Position numbers and translations under genes: made by a program. DNA of 64,000 nucleotides, taken from the NCBI GenBank assembly GCA_030765785.1, contig JAVCCC010000018.1, positions 761 through 64,760 on the forward strand, read 5' to 3'. Origin of the DNA: Candidatus Aceula lacicola. Lineage in GTDB: Bacteria; Omnitrophota; Gorgyraeia; Zapsychrales; Aceulaceae. Shown piece by piece: positions 50,456-60,459 of this stretch (within the stretch, counting starts at the first letter, position 1; each line of letters begins with the position of its first letter). The notes beneath the pieces were generated by a model. The model was given only the letters and a program-made list of their open reading frames with translations. It was not told where the DNA came from and made no database searches.

Positions 50456-52576
50456 TTGTCTATGATTAGGTTCGTAATTCTTGGTTTTGTCAGCATCATC
50501 CTTCAGCTCGCATGTTTAAGGGAATTTACTTTCTCGATTGCAAAAAACGAATTAGCGCTTATTTTGGCTTCTGGGCTTTGGTTTATCTTCTGTTCTGGCG
50601 GAAGCCTTGTCGGCACAAGAAGAAAACTTTTCCCTCTTTCTTGTTTGCCTCTTATTTTCTCTATTGTTTTTTGTTTTTCTATAAGCGTCTGTCATCTTGC
50701 TAAATTATTAATTGGATTAAATTATTATGAAACGACTGGCTTAAATGTCGCCATTTTACTTGGCGTTCTTTTAATCGGACCATTAAGCTTTCTTGCAGGA
50801 TATTCTTTCGGCACGCTCTGTCGACTATACTTAAAACATAATCCTTACTCATCTAAAACACTTTCACAATTTTTTGCTTATGAAGCCCTGGGAATCTTTT
50901 TAGGAGGAGTTGCTTTTTCATTTTGCTTATCAAGTTACTCAAATCCTTTTATCTTTGTTATCTTGCCGATATTATTTGTACCAAAATTATATTTTAAAAA
51001 AGGTAAAAAAATTATTCTATCCGTAATGCTTCTTTTCTTAAGCGTTGCGTTTTTTTTTAGTTTCACATCTATCCTAAAAAAAGAATTCAAAGGTGCGGAC
51101 ATTCTTATGAACCTCGGATCTCCATATGGCCCGATCATATTAGCTAAAAAATTTGGAACAGAATTTTTGTATGTCAACGGCTCGCTAGCTGCGACAAGCG
51201 AAGATAAGATGTGGAATGAGAAATTTGTTCATATCAGCCTTTCTGCTAAAGGTAATGCCAAAAATGTTCTTTTGATAGGGCCATATTTTGTCGACCAAAT
51301 TAATGAAATTATGAAACATCACATCGCTCAGCTGGATTGCGTAAGCATCAATCCTGTGCTCTCGCGTCTAGCACAAGAAAAAATTACGCGGAATCATCGC
51401 TCCGACATCAATTTTATAACAAACGATCCCCGTCTCTATATTGCAAAAACAAACAAAAAATATGACTGCATTCTAATGAACATCTCCTTCCCTGCCAGCA
51501 TAGAATTGAATCGTTATTTTTCGGTGGAATTTTTTAATCTTGTGCGATCGCATTTAAATAAAGAAGGCGTTTTTTCTTTTCACATTCCTTCCAAACGTGA
51601 CATTCTAAGTCCGAACATCTTAAATTTTAATTCTTGTATCATAAACACTCTTGATCGGGCATTTCCTCATAGGCTTCTTGTCCCCTCAGACACTATGATC
51701 ATCATGGCAGCAAACACTCCTTTTGCCTCAACCCGTTTAATAGACAATTTTCTAAAGGCAAAAATTCGAAGTGATTATATTACCGCTTATTATTTAAAAG
51801 ATTTTCTGGATCCCAGTCGACAGCAATATTTTGAGCAAATGTTAAACACCAACATAAGTATAAATAAAGATTATTCGCCTACAGGGTTCCTTTATTATCT
51901 TTTGCTCCAACAAGCCAAATTCTATCCAAATTTATCAATCCATGTTCGGCAAACAAAACATATAATAACTATTGCGTTCATTGTCGTTGTCTTGTTCCTT
52001 GGAATCGCTGGCTTCTTTAAGAGAAAAAAGTTTTTAATTGTCAATGCGGCCCTTATCGGATTCTGTTCCATTGGCATGATGACAACAATATATGTCATCT
52101 TTCAAGTTTGTTCCGGAGCGTTGTTCTGGAGGATGGGAATTTTGATCGGTTTATTTATGCTGGGATTAAGCCTCGCGACATTTTATGTAAATTTTTCACT
52201 GGAAAAGATATCGACCACCAGGCGCACATTAGCCTACCTCTACTTCTTCTGGGGAATTTTAATTTTAATTTTATTTTTAGGAGTAAAAATTATTGAACAG
52301 AAGACTTATATGACATCCATCCTTTATCTTTGCGCGGTTATGGCCGGAGGGTTGACAGGGGCTGGTTATCCTATTCTGACAAATCTTATCTTAAAGAATA
52401 AAGCCAATCCGAAAAATATAACGGCATGGATTTATTCTTCTGATCTGGTCGGTTCCTTTTTAGGAACCATTCTTTTTTCGGTTCTCTTTATCCCTTTTCT
52501 GGGAATAACCCGAAGCTTGTGGATGCTTGTTTTTCTTGTGCTAGTCTTTGGGATAAAAAATTTCTTGATGAGATAA
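50456..52576 (+). CDS. Membrane protein with central spermidine-synthase-like domain between two TM bundles
   Basis: QLACLREF..GNEL-like N-terminus, SPYG, NDPRLY, NRYFSVEFF, INKD..P, YSSDLVGS. Confidence 0.75.
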   Translation: MSMIRFVILGFVSIILQLACLREFTFSIAKNELALILASGLWFIFCSGGSLVGTRRKLFPLSCLPLIFSIVFCFSISVCHLAKLLIGLNYYETTGLNVAILLGVLLIGPLSFLAGYSFGTLCRLYLKHNPYSSKTLSQFFAYEALGIFLGGVAFSFCLSSYSNPFIFVILPILFVPKLYFKKGKKIILSVMLLFLSVAFFFSFTSILKKEFKGADILMNLGSPYGPIILAKKFGTEFLYVNGSLAATSEDKMWNEKFVHISLSAKGNAKNVLLIGPYFVDQINEIMKHHIAQLDCVSINPVLSRLAQEKITRNHRSDINFITNDPRLYIAKTNKKYDCILMNISFPASIELNRYFSVEFFNLVRSHLNKEGVFSFHIPSKRDILSPNILNFNSCIINTLDRAFPHRLLVPSDTMIIMAANTPFASTRLIDNFLKAKIRSDYITAYYLKDFLDPSRQQYFEQMLNTNISINKDYSPTGFLYYLLLQQAKFYPNLSIHVRQTKHIITIAFIVVVLFLGIAGFFKRKKFLIVNAALIGFCSIGMMTTIYVIFQVCSGALFWRMGILIGLFMLGLSLATFYVNFSLEKISTTRRTLAYLYFFWGILILILFLGVKIIEQKTYMTSILYLCAVMAGGLTGAGYPILTNLILKNKANPKNITAWIYSSDLVGSFLGTILFSVLFIPFLGITRSLWMLVFLVLVFGIKNFLMR

Positions 52577-52596
52577 AAAACGGTCTATGGTAGGTC

Positions 52597-53805
52597 TTAA
52601 CGCCAAATCCCTGCGATCTTTTCTCCACAAAAAGGACATTTTCCTTCTTTAAGATTATTCTCTAGAATCGTATACCCTCGTCGTTTGATTAGCATCTTTC
52701 CGCAACGTGGACATCTTGTGTCTTCGCCGATTTGTTGCGGAATATTCCCGATATAAACAAAATTAAGCCCCACTTTTTTTGCAATATCATACGCCCGAAG
52801 CAAGCTGGACAGCGGCGTTGGAGAAAGGTTTGTAAGTTTGTACATTGGGAAAAATCGTCCAAAATGAATTGGCGTGTTCTTCCCTAAATTATCCTTGATC
52901 CACTGACAGAGCTGTAAAATTTCTTCATCGCTATCATTTCCTCCCGGGATTATTAGATTTGTTATCTCGAGCCACACCCCTTCTTCTTTTAATATTTTTA
53001 AAGTATTCAAAACTACGGCTAGATCGCCTTGTATAAATGTAGAATAAAATTCATCGCTGAAGCCTTTAAGATCAATATTAGCGGCTTTAATATATTTCGC
53101 TATTTCTCTTAGCGGTTTTTCTTGAATAAATCCTGCTGAATGCATTACGCAATCTATGTTTTGTTTTTTTGCCTCCTTAGCAATGTCCAACATATACTCA
53201 AAAAATATGGTAGGCTCTGTGTATGTAAAGGCAATCGTTTTTGAGCTGCTTTGCTTTGCCATCTCAACAACTTTTTTAGGCGAGACAAATTCTACGTCTA
53301 CTTTTTCAGCATCTAATCGAGATATCTCCCAATTTTGACAAAACTTGCATCGCAGATTACACCCTGCCGTCGCAAGAGAAAAAGATTTTGTCCCTGGATA
53401 GACATGATTTAATGGTTTTTTTTCAATCGGATCCACATGAAGAGCAACAGGTTGCCCATAGGTTAGCGCATACATCTTGCCTTTAATGTTTTTCCGTGCC
53501 TGGCACAATCCCTTTTGTCCATCTTTTAGAATACATCTGCGAGGACATAGTTGGCACTGGATTCTTTCGTCATCAAGATTTATCCAATACAAAGCTTCTT
53601 TAAGATTAACCAAAGGTCCTTTTTCTTTTAAGTCAGCTTTCGAATCAAGGGTAATCTTTTTTTCTTCTCCGATGTCGCGCACGCCTCCTTTTTTCCATCC
53701 GAAAAGAAGAATGATAAAAATCAATCCCGCAATTCCAACTAGCTGTATATAAAATTTTACTTGATTATTTTTTTGTGCTTTTTTAATAAGATTAAGAATT
53801 TTCAT
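52597..53805 (-). CDS. AmmeMemoRadiSam system radical SAM enzyme with N-terminal membrane anchor
   Basis: CQLCPRRC, DPIEKKPL, AGCNLRCKFCQNWEIS, AFTYTEP, NIDLKGF, YIGN. Start probably ATG 53805. Confidence 0.93.
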   Translation of the reverse strand: MKILNLIKKAQKNNQVKFYIQLVGIAGLIFIILLFGWKKGGVRDIGEEKKITLDSKADLKEKGPLVNLKEALYWINLDDERIQCQLCPRRCILKDGQKGLCQARKNIKGKMYALTYGQPVALHVDPIEKKPLNHVYPGTKSFSLATAGCNLRCKFCQNWEISRLDAEKVDVEFVSPKKVVEMAKQSSSKTIAFTYTEPTIFFEYMLDIAKEAKKQNIDCVMHSAGFIQEKPLREIAKYIKAANIDLKGFSDEFYSTFIQGDLAVVLNTLKILKEEGVWLEITNLIIPGGNDSDEEILQLCQWIKDNLGKNTPIHFGRFFPMYKLTNLSPTPLSSLLRAYDIAKKVGLNFVYIGNIPQQIGEDTRCPRCGKMLIKRRGYTILENNLKEGKCPFCGEKIAGIWR

Positions 53806-53809
53806 AATT

Positions 53810-54190
53810 TTATTCAACTTTCTTACACGCCCTTGTTGCAATAAGATTAACCCCGAGGCCTAAGAAGTCTCTTTGAATGACTTCACCACAATGAACAGGG
53901 TCGTGTATTCGTAGTTGCTTAATTTCTCTCATAGCTGTAATAAGTTTTGCTTTTGAAATTGGCTTATTTGTTTTAACAGGAATCATCTTAAATTCTAGCC
54001 CTTCGGCTAAAACAGATGATGTCAGCACCCTTGTGGGGTTTGTTATTTCTGCGCGCACGTATGCCTCGCCTTTTTCGCAGCTGTTTCCGGTGATCTCAAC
54101 AATTGTGCCCTCGTCAAGCGTAACGGTAATCTCGCAGCCTTTAGGGCATTCGATACATATGAATTTTTTTGTCAAACGAGGCTCTGTCAT
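53810..54190 (-). CDS. DUF1667 family small Cys-rich subunit
   Basis: CIECPKGC, GNSCEKG..Y...E..NP.R. Confidence 0.9.
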   Translation of the reverse strand: MTEPRLTKKFICIECPKGCEITVTLDEGTIVEITGNSCEKGEAYVRAEITNPTRVLTSSVLAEGLEFKMIPVKTNKPISKAKLITAMREIKQLRIHDPVHCGEVIQRDFLGLGVNLIATRACKKVE

Positions 54191-55170
54191 AAACGACTCC
54201 CTAGAAATTCTGCAGCTTGTTTTCCGGCGATTTCACTGTCGAGGGAAACAGAATCCGCTAAATCATAAACTTTGTAAGAATTTCCACAGACAAACAATCC
54301 TTTAATCGATGTTGTGTTAAGTTCGCTGGATACAGGGCAATTTGTTTTCTTGTCGATGGCAACCCCGGCCATTTCAATTAATTCATTCTCTGGAATCAAT
54401 CCAACAGATACCAAAACAGTATCGCAATCGATTGAAAATCCTGAATCCTCTATAGGATTGAAATGATCGTCGACCTTGATAACAGCCACTTTTTCAACAC
54501 GTTTATTGCCATAAATACGCGCAATTTTATGACTAAAATAAAGCGGAATATCAAAATCGTTTAAACATTGAACGACATTACGAATAAGCCCTCGACTTTC
54601 TTTTTGAATTTCAACAACAGCTTTGACTTTGGCACCCTCAAGCGTCAGGCGACGCGCCATAATCAGACCAATGTCGCCGGAGCCAACAATCACGACTTCC
54701 TTTCCAGGAAGAAGGCCTTCAATGTTTATTAATTTTTGAGCAAGTCCAGCAGAAAATATTCCTGCAGGCCTCGTACCTGGAACATGAATCATCTCCCTTG
54801 TTTTTTCACGACACCCCGTTGCCATAATGATTGTTTTGGCTTTAACTTGTTGAAGGCTTCCGGGTTTTAATATGGTAAGAATTTTATGGGGTTCTAATTT
54901 TACAACAAATGAACGAAGACTAACTTCAATTTGTTTGATGGATCGGATTTCATCAGTAACTTTTTGCGCGTATTCCGGACCTGTCAAAATTTCTTTAAAA
55001 TATTCAAGGCCAAATCCGGGATGGATGCATTGGTTGAGTATTCCGCCTAAGCGCTGGTCGCGTTCAATGATAAGAACATCTTTGACGCCATTTTTGTAGG
55101 CACAAAGAGCGGCTGCCATTCCAGCTGGGCCTCCTCCAACAATAACAAGATCTCTCTCAGTCATTGTCAC
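54187..55170 (-). CDS. FAD/NAD(P) oxidoreductase subunit
   Basis: GGGPAG, LGGILNQCIHPGFG, GSGDIGLIMARR. Confidence 0.92.
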   Translation of the reverse strand: MTMTERDLVIVGGGPAGMAAALCAYKNGVKDVLIIERDQRLGGILNQCIHPGFGLEYFKEILTGPEYAQKVTDEIRSIKQIEVSLRSFVVKLEPHKILTILKPGSLQQVKAKTIIMATGCREKTREMIHVPGTRPAGIFSAGLAQKLINIEGLLPGKEVVIVGSGDIGLIMARRLTLEGAKVKAVVEIQKESRGLIRNVVQCLNDFDIPLYFSHKIARIYGNKRVEKVAVIKVDDHFNPIEDSGFSIDCDTVLVSVGLIPENELIEMAGVAIDKKTNCPVSSELNTTSIKGLFVCGNSYKVYDLADSVSLDSEIAGKQAAEFLGSRL

Positions 55171-56605
55171 GCTCCTTGGTGACGATTTCTGAACCGGAAC
55201 CGTTTTTTGTAATTTTAGTCGGTGATTTTTTTAAACTTTCAGAAAGAATTTTCATGATACGAGTTGTACAAAATCCGCCGTGGCAACGGCCAGCTTGCGC
55301 ACGTGTCCGGAATTTAATACCATCAAGCGTTGTTGCGCCTCGAGCAATGGCGTCTTCAATTTCTTTTCGTGATACCATTTCACATCGACATACAATATCG
55401 CCGTACGCGGGATCTTTTTCAATGAGTTTTTTTGTTTTGCGAAGTGATGTCTCAAATAGATGAACCGTCTTCTTTCGGTGCGAATGAAACACTTTTCTCT
55501 TTTTTAATTTTAATCCTGCCGATTTTAAAATATCGCAAACCATGAGCGCAATCGCAGGTGCGGCAGTCAGCCCCGGAGACTGAATGCCTGCCACATTGAT
55601 AAATCCAGGCACTTTGTTTTCATGACGGATAATAAAATCATCTCCAGCGACAGGACGAAGCCCTGCAAAATAAGCAATAATATCATTTTCGTTAATGGAT
55701 GGAATCATGCGATTCACACCTTCCAAAACTTTTTTCAAACCTTGATCCGAGGTAGACAAGTCTTTTTTGTCGTCACCATCTTGCGCCGTGGGTCCAATCA
55801 TTGGATTTCCATCGGCTGTTTTGATGACCAAGATACCCTTTGATGTTTTTGATGGAAGCGGAAAAAGTAAATGATTAGCAATATGTTCTCGTTTTTTATC
55901 AAGGATAAATTCTTCGCCTTTGCGCGGGGTTATTTTAAAATCATCAATCCCCACCATGCGTGCAATTTCATCAGCAAACAAACCAGCTGCGTTGACAACG
56001 TATCGGCTTTTAAGCGTTCCACTTGGTATTTCAATCTCAAAATGCGCTGTAGAATTTTCTTTTGATTTTATCGGATGAATTTCGCTCACCTTAGAATTCG
56101 TATAAATTTTTACGCCATTTTGCATCGCATTTTCAGCCATATCATAAGCGAGTCGATAAGGGCTCACAATTCCAGCTGTTGGCGCATAAAGTGCGGCGAC
56201 GGCATTCTTGGAGAGATTTGGTTCACGTTCTCTGAGCCATTTTTTGCCGACGATTTTTAGTCTCGGGACGCCAAGTTTTTTGCCTTCTTCTTTAAGCTCT
56301 TCTAGGCGAGCAAGATCGTTTTCGTTAAACGCAACAATGAGCTCGCCGACTTGCTTGAAGTCAACACCGAGCTCTCGTGCAATTTTGCGAATTAATTTGT
56401 TACCTTTGACGCAAAGTTTTCCTTTTAATGATTCTGGAGAATTTTGTGTGCCAGGGTGGATAATGCCACTGTTGGATTTGGAGACACCAAAGGCAAGCTC
56501 CTCTTCTTTTTCAACAATAGCGATTTTTAATTGATAACGGGCAAGTTCGCGTGCGATGGATGTTCCGACAACGCCTGCGCCAATAATAATAATATCATAG
56601 ATCAT
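55157..56605 (-). CDS. FAD-dependent glycerol-3-phosphate dehydrogenase-like subunit with BFD-like [2Fe-2S] domain
   Basis: GAGVVG, SKSNSGIIH, IQSPGLTAAPA, CRCE...GRCHGGFC. Follows glpK. Confidence 0.85.
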   Translation of the reverse strand: MIYDIIIIGAGVVGTSIARELARYQLKIAIVEKEEELAFGVSKSNSGIIHPGTQNSPESLKGKLCVKGNKLIRKIARELGVDFKQVGELIVAFNENDLARLEELKEEGKKLGVPRLKIVGKKWLREREPNLSKNAVAALYAPTAGIVSPYRLAYDMAENAMQNGVKIYTNSKVSEIHPIKSKENSTAHFEIEIPSGTLKSRYVVNAAGLFADEIARMVGIDDFKITPRKGEEFILDKKREHIANHLLFPLPSKTSKGILVIKTADGNPMIGPTAQDGDDKKDLSTSDQGLKKVLEGVNRMIPSINENDIIAYFAGLRPVAGDDFIIRHENKVPGFINVAGIQSPGLTAAPAIALMVCDILKSAGLKLKKRKVFHSHRKKTVHLFETSLRKTKKLIEKDPAYGDIVCRCEMVSRKEIEDAIARGATTLDGIKFRTRAQAGRCHGGFCTTRIMKILSESLKKSPTKITKNGSGSEIVTKERDND

Positions 56606-58080
56606 GAAAGTGTCCGACCAACGGCTTTAAGCCAACCTGCATAAAGCGTGGCTGATGATTTCTTATCTATTTTCGGATAAAACTTTTTATCTTTTTTCCA
56701 GCAACTTTTTATTTCTTTTGCGTTACGCCAATATTTGACAGCCATTCCGGCAAGGTACGCAGCTCCCAAAGACGTTGTCTCGATCACTTTAGGTCGAACA
56801 ACACCGGATTGCAAGATATCGGCTTGGAACTGACATAAGAAATTATTCGCTACGGCCCCGCCATCAATTTTCAAATTCTTAATTTTTAACCCTGAATCTT
56901 TTTGCATGGCAATCACAACATCTTTGGTTTGATAGCACATGCTTTCAAGTGCGGCTCGTACAATGTGATTTTTTGTGATACCTCGCGTTAACCCTGTAAT
57001 GCTACCGCGCGCATCTTGGTCCCAATAAGGGGCCCCTAAGCCAACAAGTGCAGGCACAAAATAAACGCCCTCGTTATCTTTTGCAGCTAGCGCCATTTTT
57101 TCGGATTGCGAGGCATCTTTTAAGAGGTTGAGTCCGTCACGAAGCCATTGAATGGCAGCACCAGCAATAAAAATCGCACCTTCCAAAACATAAGCATGCC
57201 GTCCTTTTGAATCACAGCCTAGGGTTGTAATTAGTCCGTGTCTTGATGTGATGCGACGTTTGCCTGTATTAAGTAATAAAAAGCAGCCTGTGCCGTAAGT
57301 ATTTTTTATCGTACCTGGCTTAAAACACGTTTGCCCGAATAATGCAGATTGCTGATCTCCGGCGATTCCTGAAATAGGAATGCCTTCGGGTAATTGGCCA
57401 ATTTTTACAGTTTGGCCGAATACACCAGATGACGGCTGCACTTTAGGAAGCATTGATTTTGGAATTCCAAACTTTTTTAAAAGGATGTCATCCCACTTAA
57501 GTTTTTCAATATTAAAGATCATTGTCCGCGAGGCATTGGTATAATCTGTGGCGTGAACTTTGCCGCCTGTCAGCTTCCATAAAATCCATGAATCTGTTGT
57601 TCCAAAATGAAGCCTTCCTTGCCTTGCCTTTGCTCGCGCGTCTTTAACATTTTTTAGAATCCATTCGATTTTTGTTGCGGAAAAATAAGCATCAATGGGA
57701 AGGCCGGTTTTTTTCTTAAATAATGTAGCGGCCCCTTTTTGTTTTTTTAATGCATCGCAGCGAGCAGATGTTCTTCGGCATTGCCAGACAATCGCATTGT
57801 AAACAGGTTTGCCGGTTGCTTTGTCCCAGACCACCGTTGTTTCTCTTTGATTTGTAATTCCGATCGCAGCAATAGAGTTTTTTGGAATCTTTTTAAGAAC
57901 TTTTTGAATGGATCTGTAAACGCTTTTCCAGATTTCTTCGGGGTTATGTTCAACCCATCCTGGCTTTGGAAAATATTGAGGAAATTCTTCGTAGGCGCTA
58001 GCCTTAACCTTGCCTTGCTTGTCGTATACAACAGCACGACTGCCTGTCGTGCCCTGGTCTATTGCGAGTATAAACTTCAT
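56602..58080 (-). CDS. glpK: Glycerol kinase
   Basis: IDQGTTGSR, TNQRET, YFSATK, GDQQ, KNTYGTG. Confidence 0.98.
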   Translation of the reverse strand: MKFILAIDQGTTGSRAVVYDKQGKVKASAYEEFPQYFPKPGWVEHNPEEIWKSVYRSIQKVLKKIPKNSIAAIGITNQRETTVVWDKATGKPVYNAIVWQCRRTSARCDALKKQKGAATLFKKKTGLPIDAYFSATKIEWILKNVKDARAKARQGRLHFGTTDSWILWKLTGGKVHATDYTNASRTMIFNIEKLKWDDILLKKFGIPKSMLPKVQPSSGVFGQTVKIGQLPEGIPISGIAGDQQSALFGQTCFKPGTIKNTYGTGCFLLLNTGKRRITSRHGLITTLGCDSKGRHAYVLEGAIFIAGAAIQWLRDGLNLLKDASQSEKMALAAKDNEGVYFVPALVGLGAPYWDQDARGSITGLTRGITKNHIVRAALESMCYQTKDVVIAMQKDSGLKIKNLKIDGGAVANNFLCQFQADILQSGVVRPKVIETTSLGAAYLAGMAVKYWRNAKEIKSCWKKDKKFYPKIDKKSSATLYAGWLKAVGRTLS

Positions 58081-58130
58081 ATAACGTATATTTTAACACG
58101 GCTCTGGAATAAATTTTAAAAATTGTTAAA

Positions 58131-58165
58131 AATTTACCCCCATTCACGCGGCGTGATGGGATAAA
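58131..58165 (-). repeat. Solo hairpin resembling hairpin 2 of the dispersed element
   Basis: TTTATCCCATCACGC-c-GCGTGAATGGGGGTAAAT on the minus strand. Confidence 0.55.
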
Positions 58166-58186
58166 CGTCTGACCTTAGAAATTGTA

Positions 58187-60331
58187 TTATTTTAAGCGTT
58201 TCACAACAAGGATTGTGATGTCATCCGATTGCGGGGCATCTTTTGCAAATGTTTCAATCGAATGAAAAGTATGGCTTACTAAATCTTTAATTTCTTCTTG
58301 GCGGTGTTTTGTGATTTCATTTTTTAGGCGATCTTCAGAAAAGACCTCATGTTTATCGTTGAAGGCCTCCGTAACACCATCCGTGTACATATAGATCAGA
58401 TCATTAGCGCCAAGCATTAGTTCGTCAGTTGTGTAGGAAACATCTTCAATGATGCCGACAACCGTTCCCCCTGAGGTATCTAAAGCTTGAATGTCGCCGT
58501 TTTCAGAAACCACAAACGGTGGGTTGTGTCCCCCATTGGCGAATTTAACAGAGCCTGTTTTTATATTTAATATTCCGCAGAAAATGGTGATAAACATAGC
58601 CGAGCGGTTGTCTCTGGAGATCTCACGGTTAAGAACGTTTAGAAGCTCGGCCGGTTCTTTTATTTTTCTGGCAAGAGTTTTGACGAGCGTCGCGGTCACG
58701 GCCATAAAAAGGGACGCAGGAACACCTTTGCCGGAAACATCTCCGATAATAAAAAATAAATTTTCATCATCCAGCATAAAGAAATCATAAAAATCTCCGC
58801 CGACCTCTCTGGCTGAACAGAGATGAGCGTATACCGCAAATTCGTCATGGTCTGGAAAAGCAGGAAACGTTCGAGGGACAATGCCTAATTGTATTTCCTT
58901 TGCGATCTTTAATTCTTTTTCCATTCGTTCTTTTGCAACGGTGGTTTTTGTAAGCTCGGCAATATAATTTTTAAGGTTGGCGGTCATCTTGTTAAACGCA
59001 TCGGCGAGTTCTTCAATTTCATCGCCGGTTTTAATATCAAGGCGATGCTCAAGGTCTCCCCTTCCGATGATTTGTGTTCCGTCGCGTAAGGTGGATATTG
59101 GTTTTGTGATTTTTTGTGAGATTTTATACGCTATGAGAAAGACAAAGGCCAGGATGATTGCAAAAATACCAACAATCATATTTTTTACGATAGCGATCTT
59201 GTTGTTGATTTCAAGGCCGGTGACATCGGTCGCCGCGTCAATCTTTTTTTCAAGAGCAAGCGCCGGGGTGACAATTTCTTTGATAGGCATCACGACACCT
59301 AAACTCCAGCCAGTTGTTTTTATAGGAGCAAACGCGATATATTTCTTTTCTCCATCGATTTCGCAGGTGTGTATTTCTGATTTTGCAGCAATCATTTTTT
59401 CTGCGATATTTTTCATCTGGAGATTCGCAGAATTTAAAAGATTTTCTGTTTTATAAATTTTGTTCCATTGAGCGCTTTCCAACACTAATCCCGGTCGAGC
59501 AATAACGTTGCCTTTTTCATCAAGCAAAAACGCGTATCCTGATTTTCCGATTTGAGTGCTGATAATTTGGTTAAGCATAACGCTTAAGGTCAGGTCGATT
59601 TCAACGACGCCGATGAATTCTGATTGATCGTTATAAAATGGCGTCGCGCACGTAATAATCAGTTTTCGCGTCGCGGCATGAATATAGGGTGCTGTCCAAA
59701 CGGTTTTTTGTTCTTGAGCGGCTTTTGTGTACCAAAAGCGTTTTCGTGAGTCATAGGCGTCCTCGCGGCCTGCGCGCCAGGGATAACTGCGATATATTCC
59801 CGATTGCGTTCCGAGGCAAATTGTGTTGATGTGTGGATTATTGGAAGCAATGCTGATAAAAATTGTATCCATTCCGCTTGATAGATTGATTTCTTTTGAT
59901 ATTGTTTCCGTGCGATTAACACCAGAGGCAAGACCACAAACTGAAAAAGCGTAGATGTCTTTTGGTTTATCGTTTTGCGAGTAGGACCGAACAGGTTGCA
60001 TCTCATAGGTGCTTGACCAGAGATTCGATGCAAATTTGGCAGCAATGTTGACCTCTGAATCAATGCGGCGAAGGATTGTGCCGCTAATAGCGGCTTGATC
60101 TTGAGCCAGTTTAAGGAGATTTTCTTCGGCTTGGTTTTCAAGGGCAAGGATACTGTCTTCGACAGCCTGGTCTCCTAGCTCAACGCTGCCTTTGAGTGCG
60201 TAATTTCCAAGCCCCTTCATTTCCTTTAACGCAGTGTATCCAAACGCGAGAAGAGAAATAAGTGAAAGTAATAAAAGCGAAGCGAGAATTTTTGTTCCGA
60301 TTTTTAGAGGCATTTTGTGTTTCAAGTTCAT
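58187..60331 (-). CDS. Cache-HAMP-PP2C (SpoIIE/RsbU-type) sensor phosphatase
   Basis: Two TMs, Cache motif (YDSRKRFWY, WTAPY), HAMP, VGGDFYD, GDVSGKG, YTDGVTE, DDIT. Confidence 0.95.
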   Translation of the reverse strand: MNLKHKMPLKIGTKILASLLLLSLISLLAFGYTALKEMKGLGNYALKGSVELGDQAVEDSILALENQAEENLLKLAQDQAAISGTILRRIDSEVNIAAKFASNLWSSTYEMQPVRSYSQNDKPKDIYAFSVCGLASGVNRTETISKEINLSSGMDTIFISIASNNPHINTICLGTQSGIYRSYPWRAGREDAYDSRKRFWYTKAAQEQKTVWTAPYIHAATRKLIITCATPFYNDQSEFIGVVEIDLTLSVMLNQIISTQIGKSGYAFLLDEKGNVIARPGLVLESAQWNKIYKTENLLNSANLQMKNIAEKMIAAKSEIHTCEIDGEKKYIAFAPIKTTGWSLGVVMPIKEIVTPALALEKKIDAATDVTGLEINNKIAIVKNMIVGIFAIILAFVFLIAYKISQKITKPISTLRDGTQIIGRGDLEHRLDIKTGDEIEELADAFNKMTANLKNYIAELTKTTVAKERMEKELKIAKEIQLGIVPRTFPAFPDHDEFAVYAHLCSAREVGGDFYDFFMLDDENLFFIIGDVSGKGVPASLFMAVTATLVKTLARKIKEPAELLNVLNREISRDNRSAMFITIFCGILNIKTGSVKFANGGHNPPFVVSENGDIQALDTSGGTVVGIIEDVSYTTDELMLGANDLIYMYTDGVTEAFNDKHEVFSEDRLKNEITKHRQEEIKDLVSHTFHSIETFAKDAPQSDDITILVVKRLK

Positions 60332-60409
60332 GATGATTTTTTAAGATACATTTTAATGAAAAGTTAAACTATTGAGCCGCGAGCAACATAATTTAGAACT
60401 GAGAATTTT

Positions 60410-60428
60410 AATGAGCCCTTGATTTATG
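60410..60428 (+). repeat. Left half-site of the dispersed element (direct repeat B1)
   Basis: AATGAGCCCTTGATTTATG, 17/19 identical to 61213-61231. Confidence 0.7.
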
Positions 60429-60459
60429 CTATTGTTTTTTATTTTTCTCTTTTACTTTT

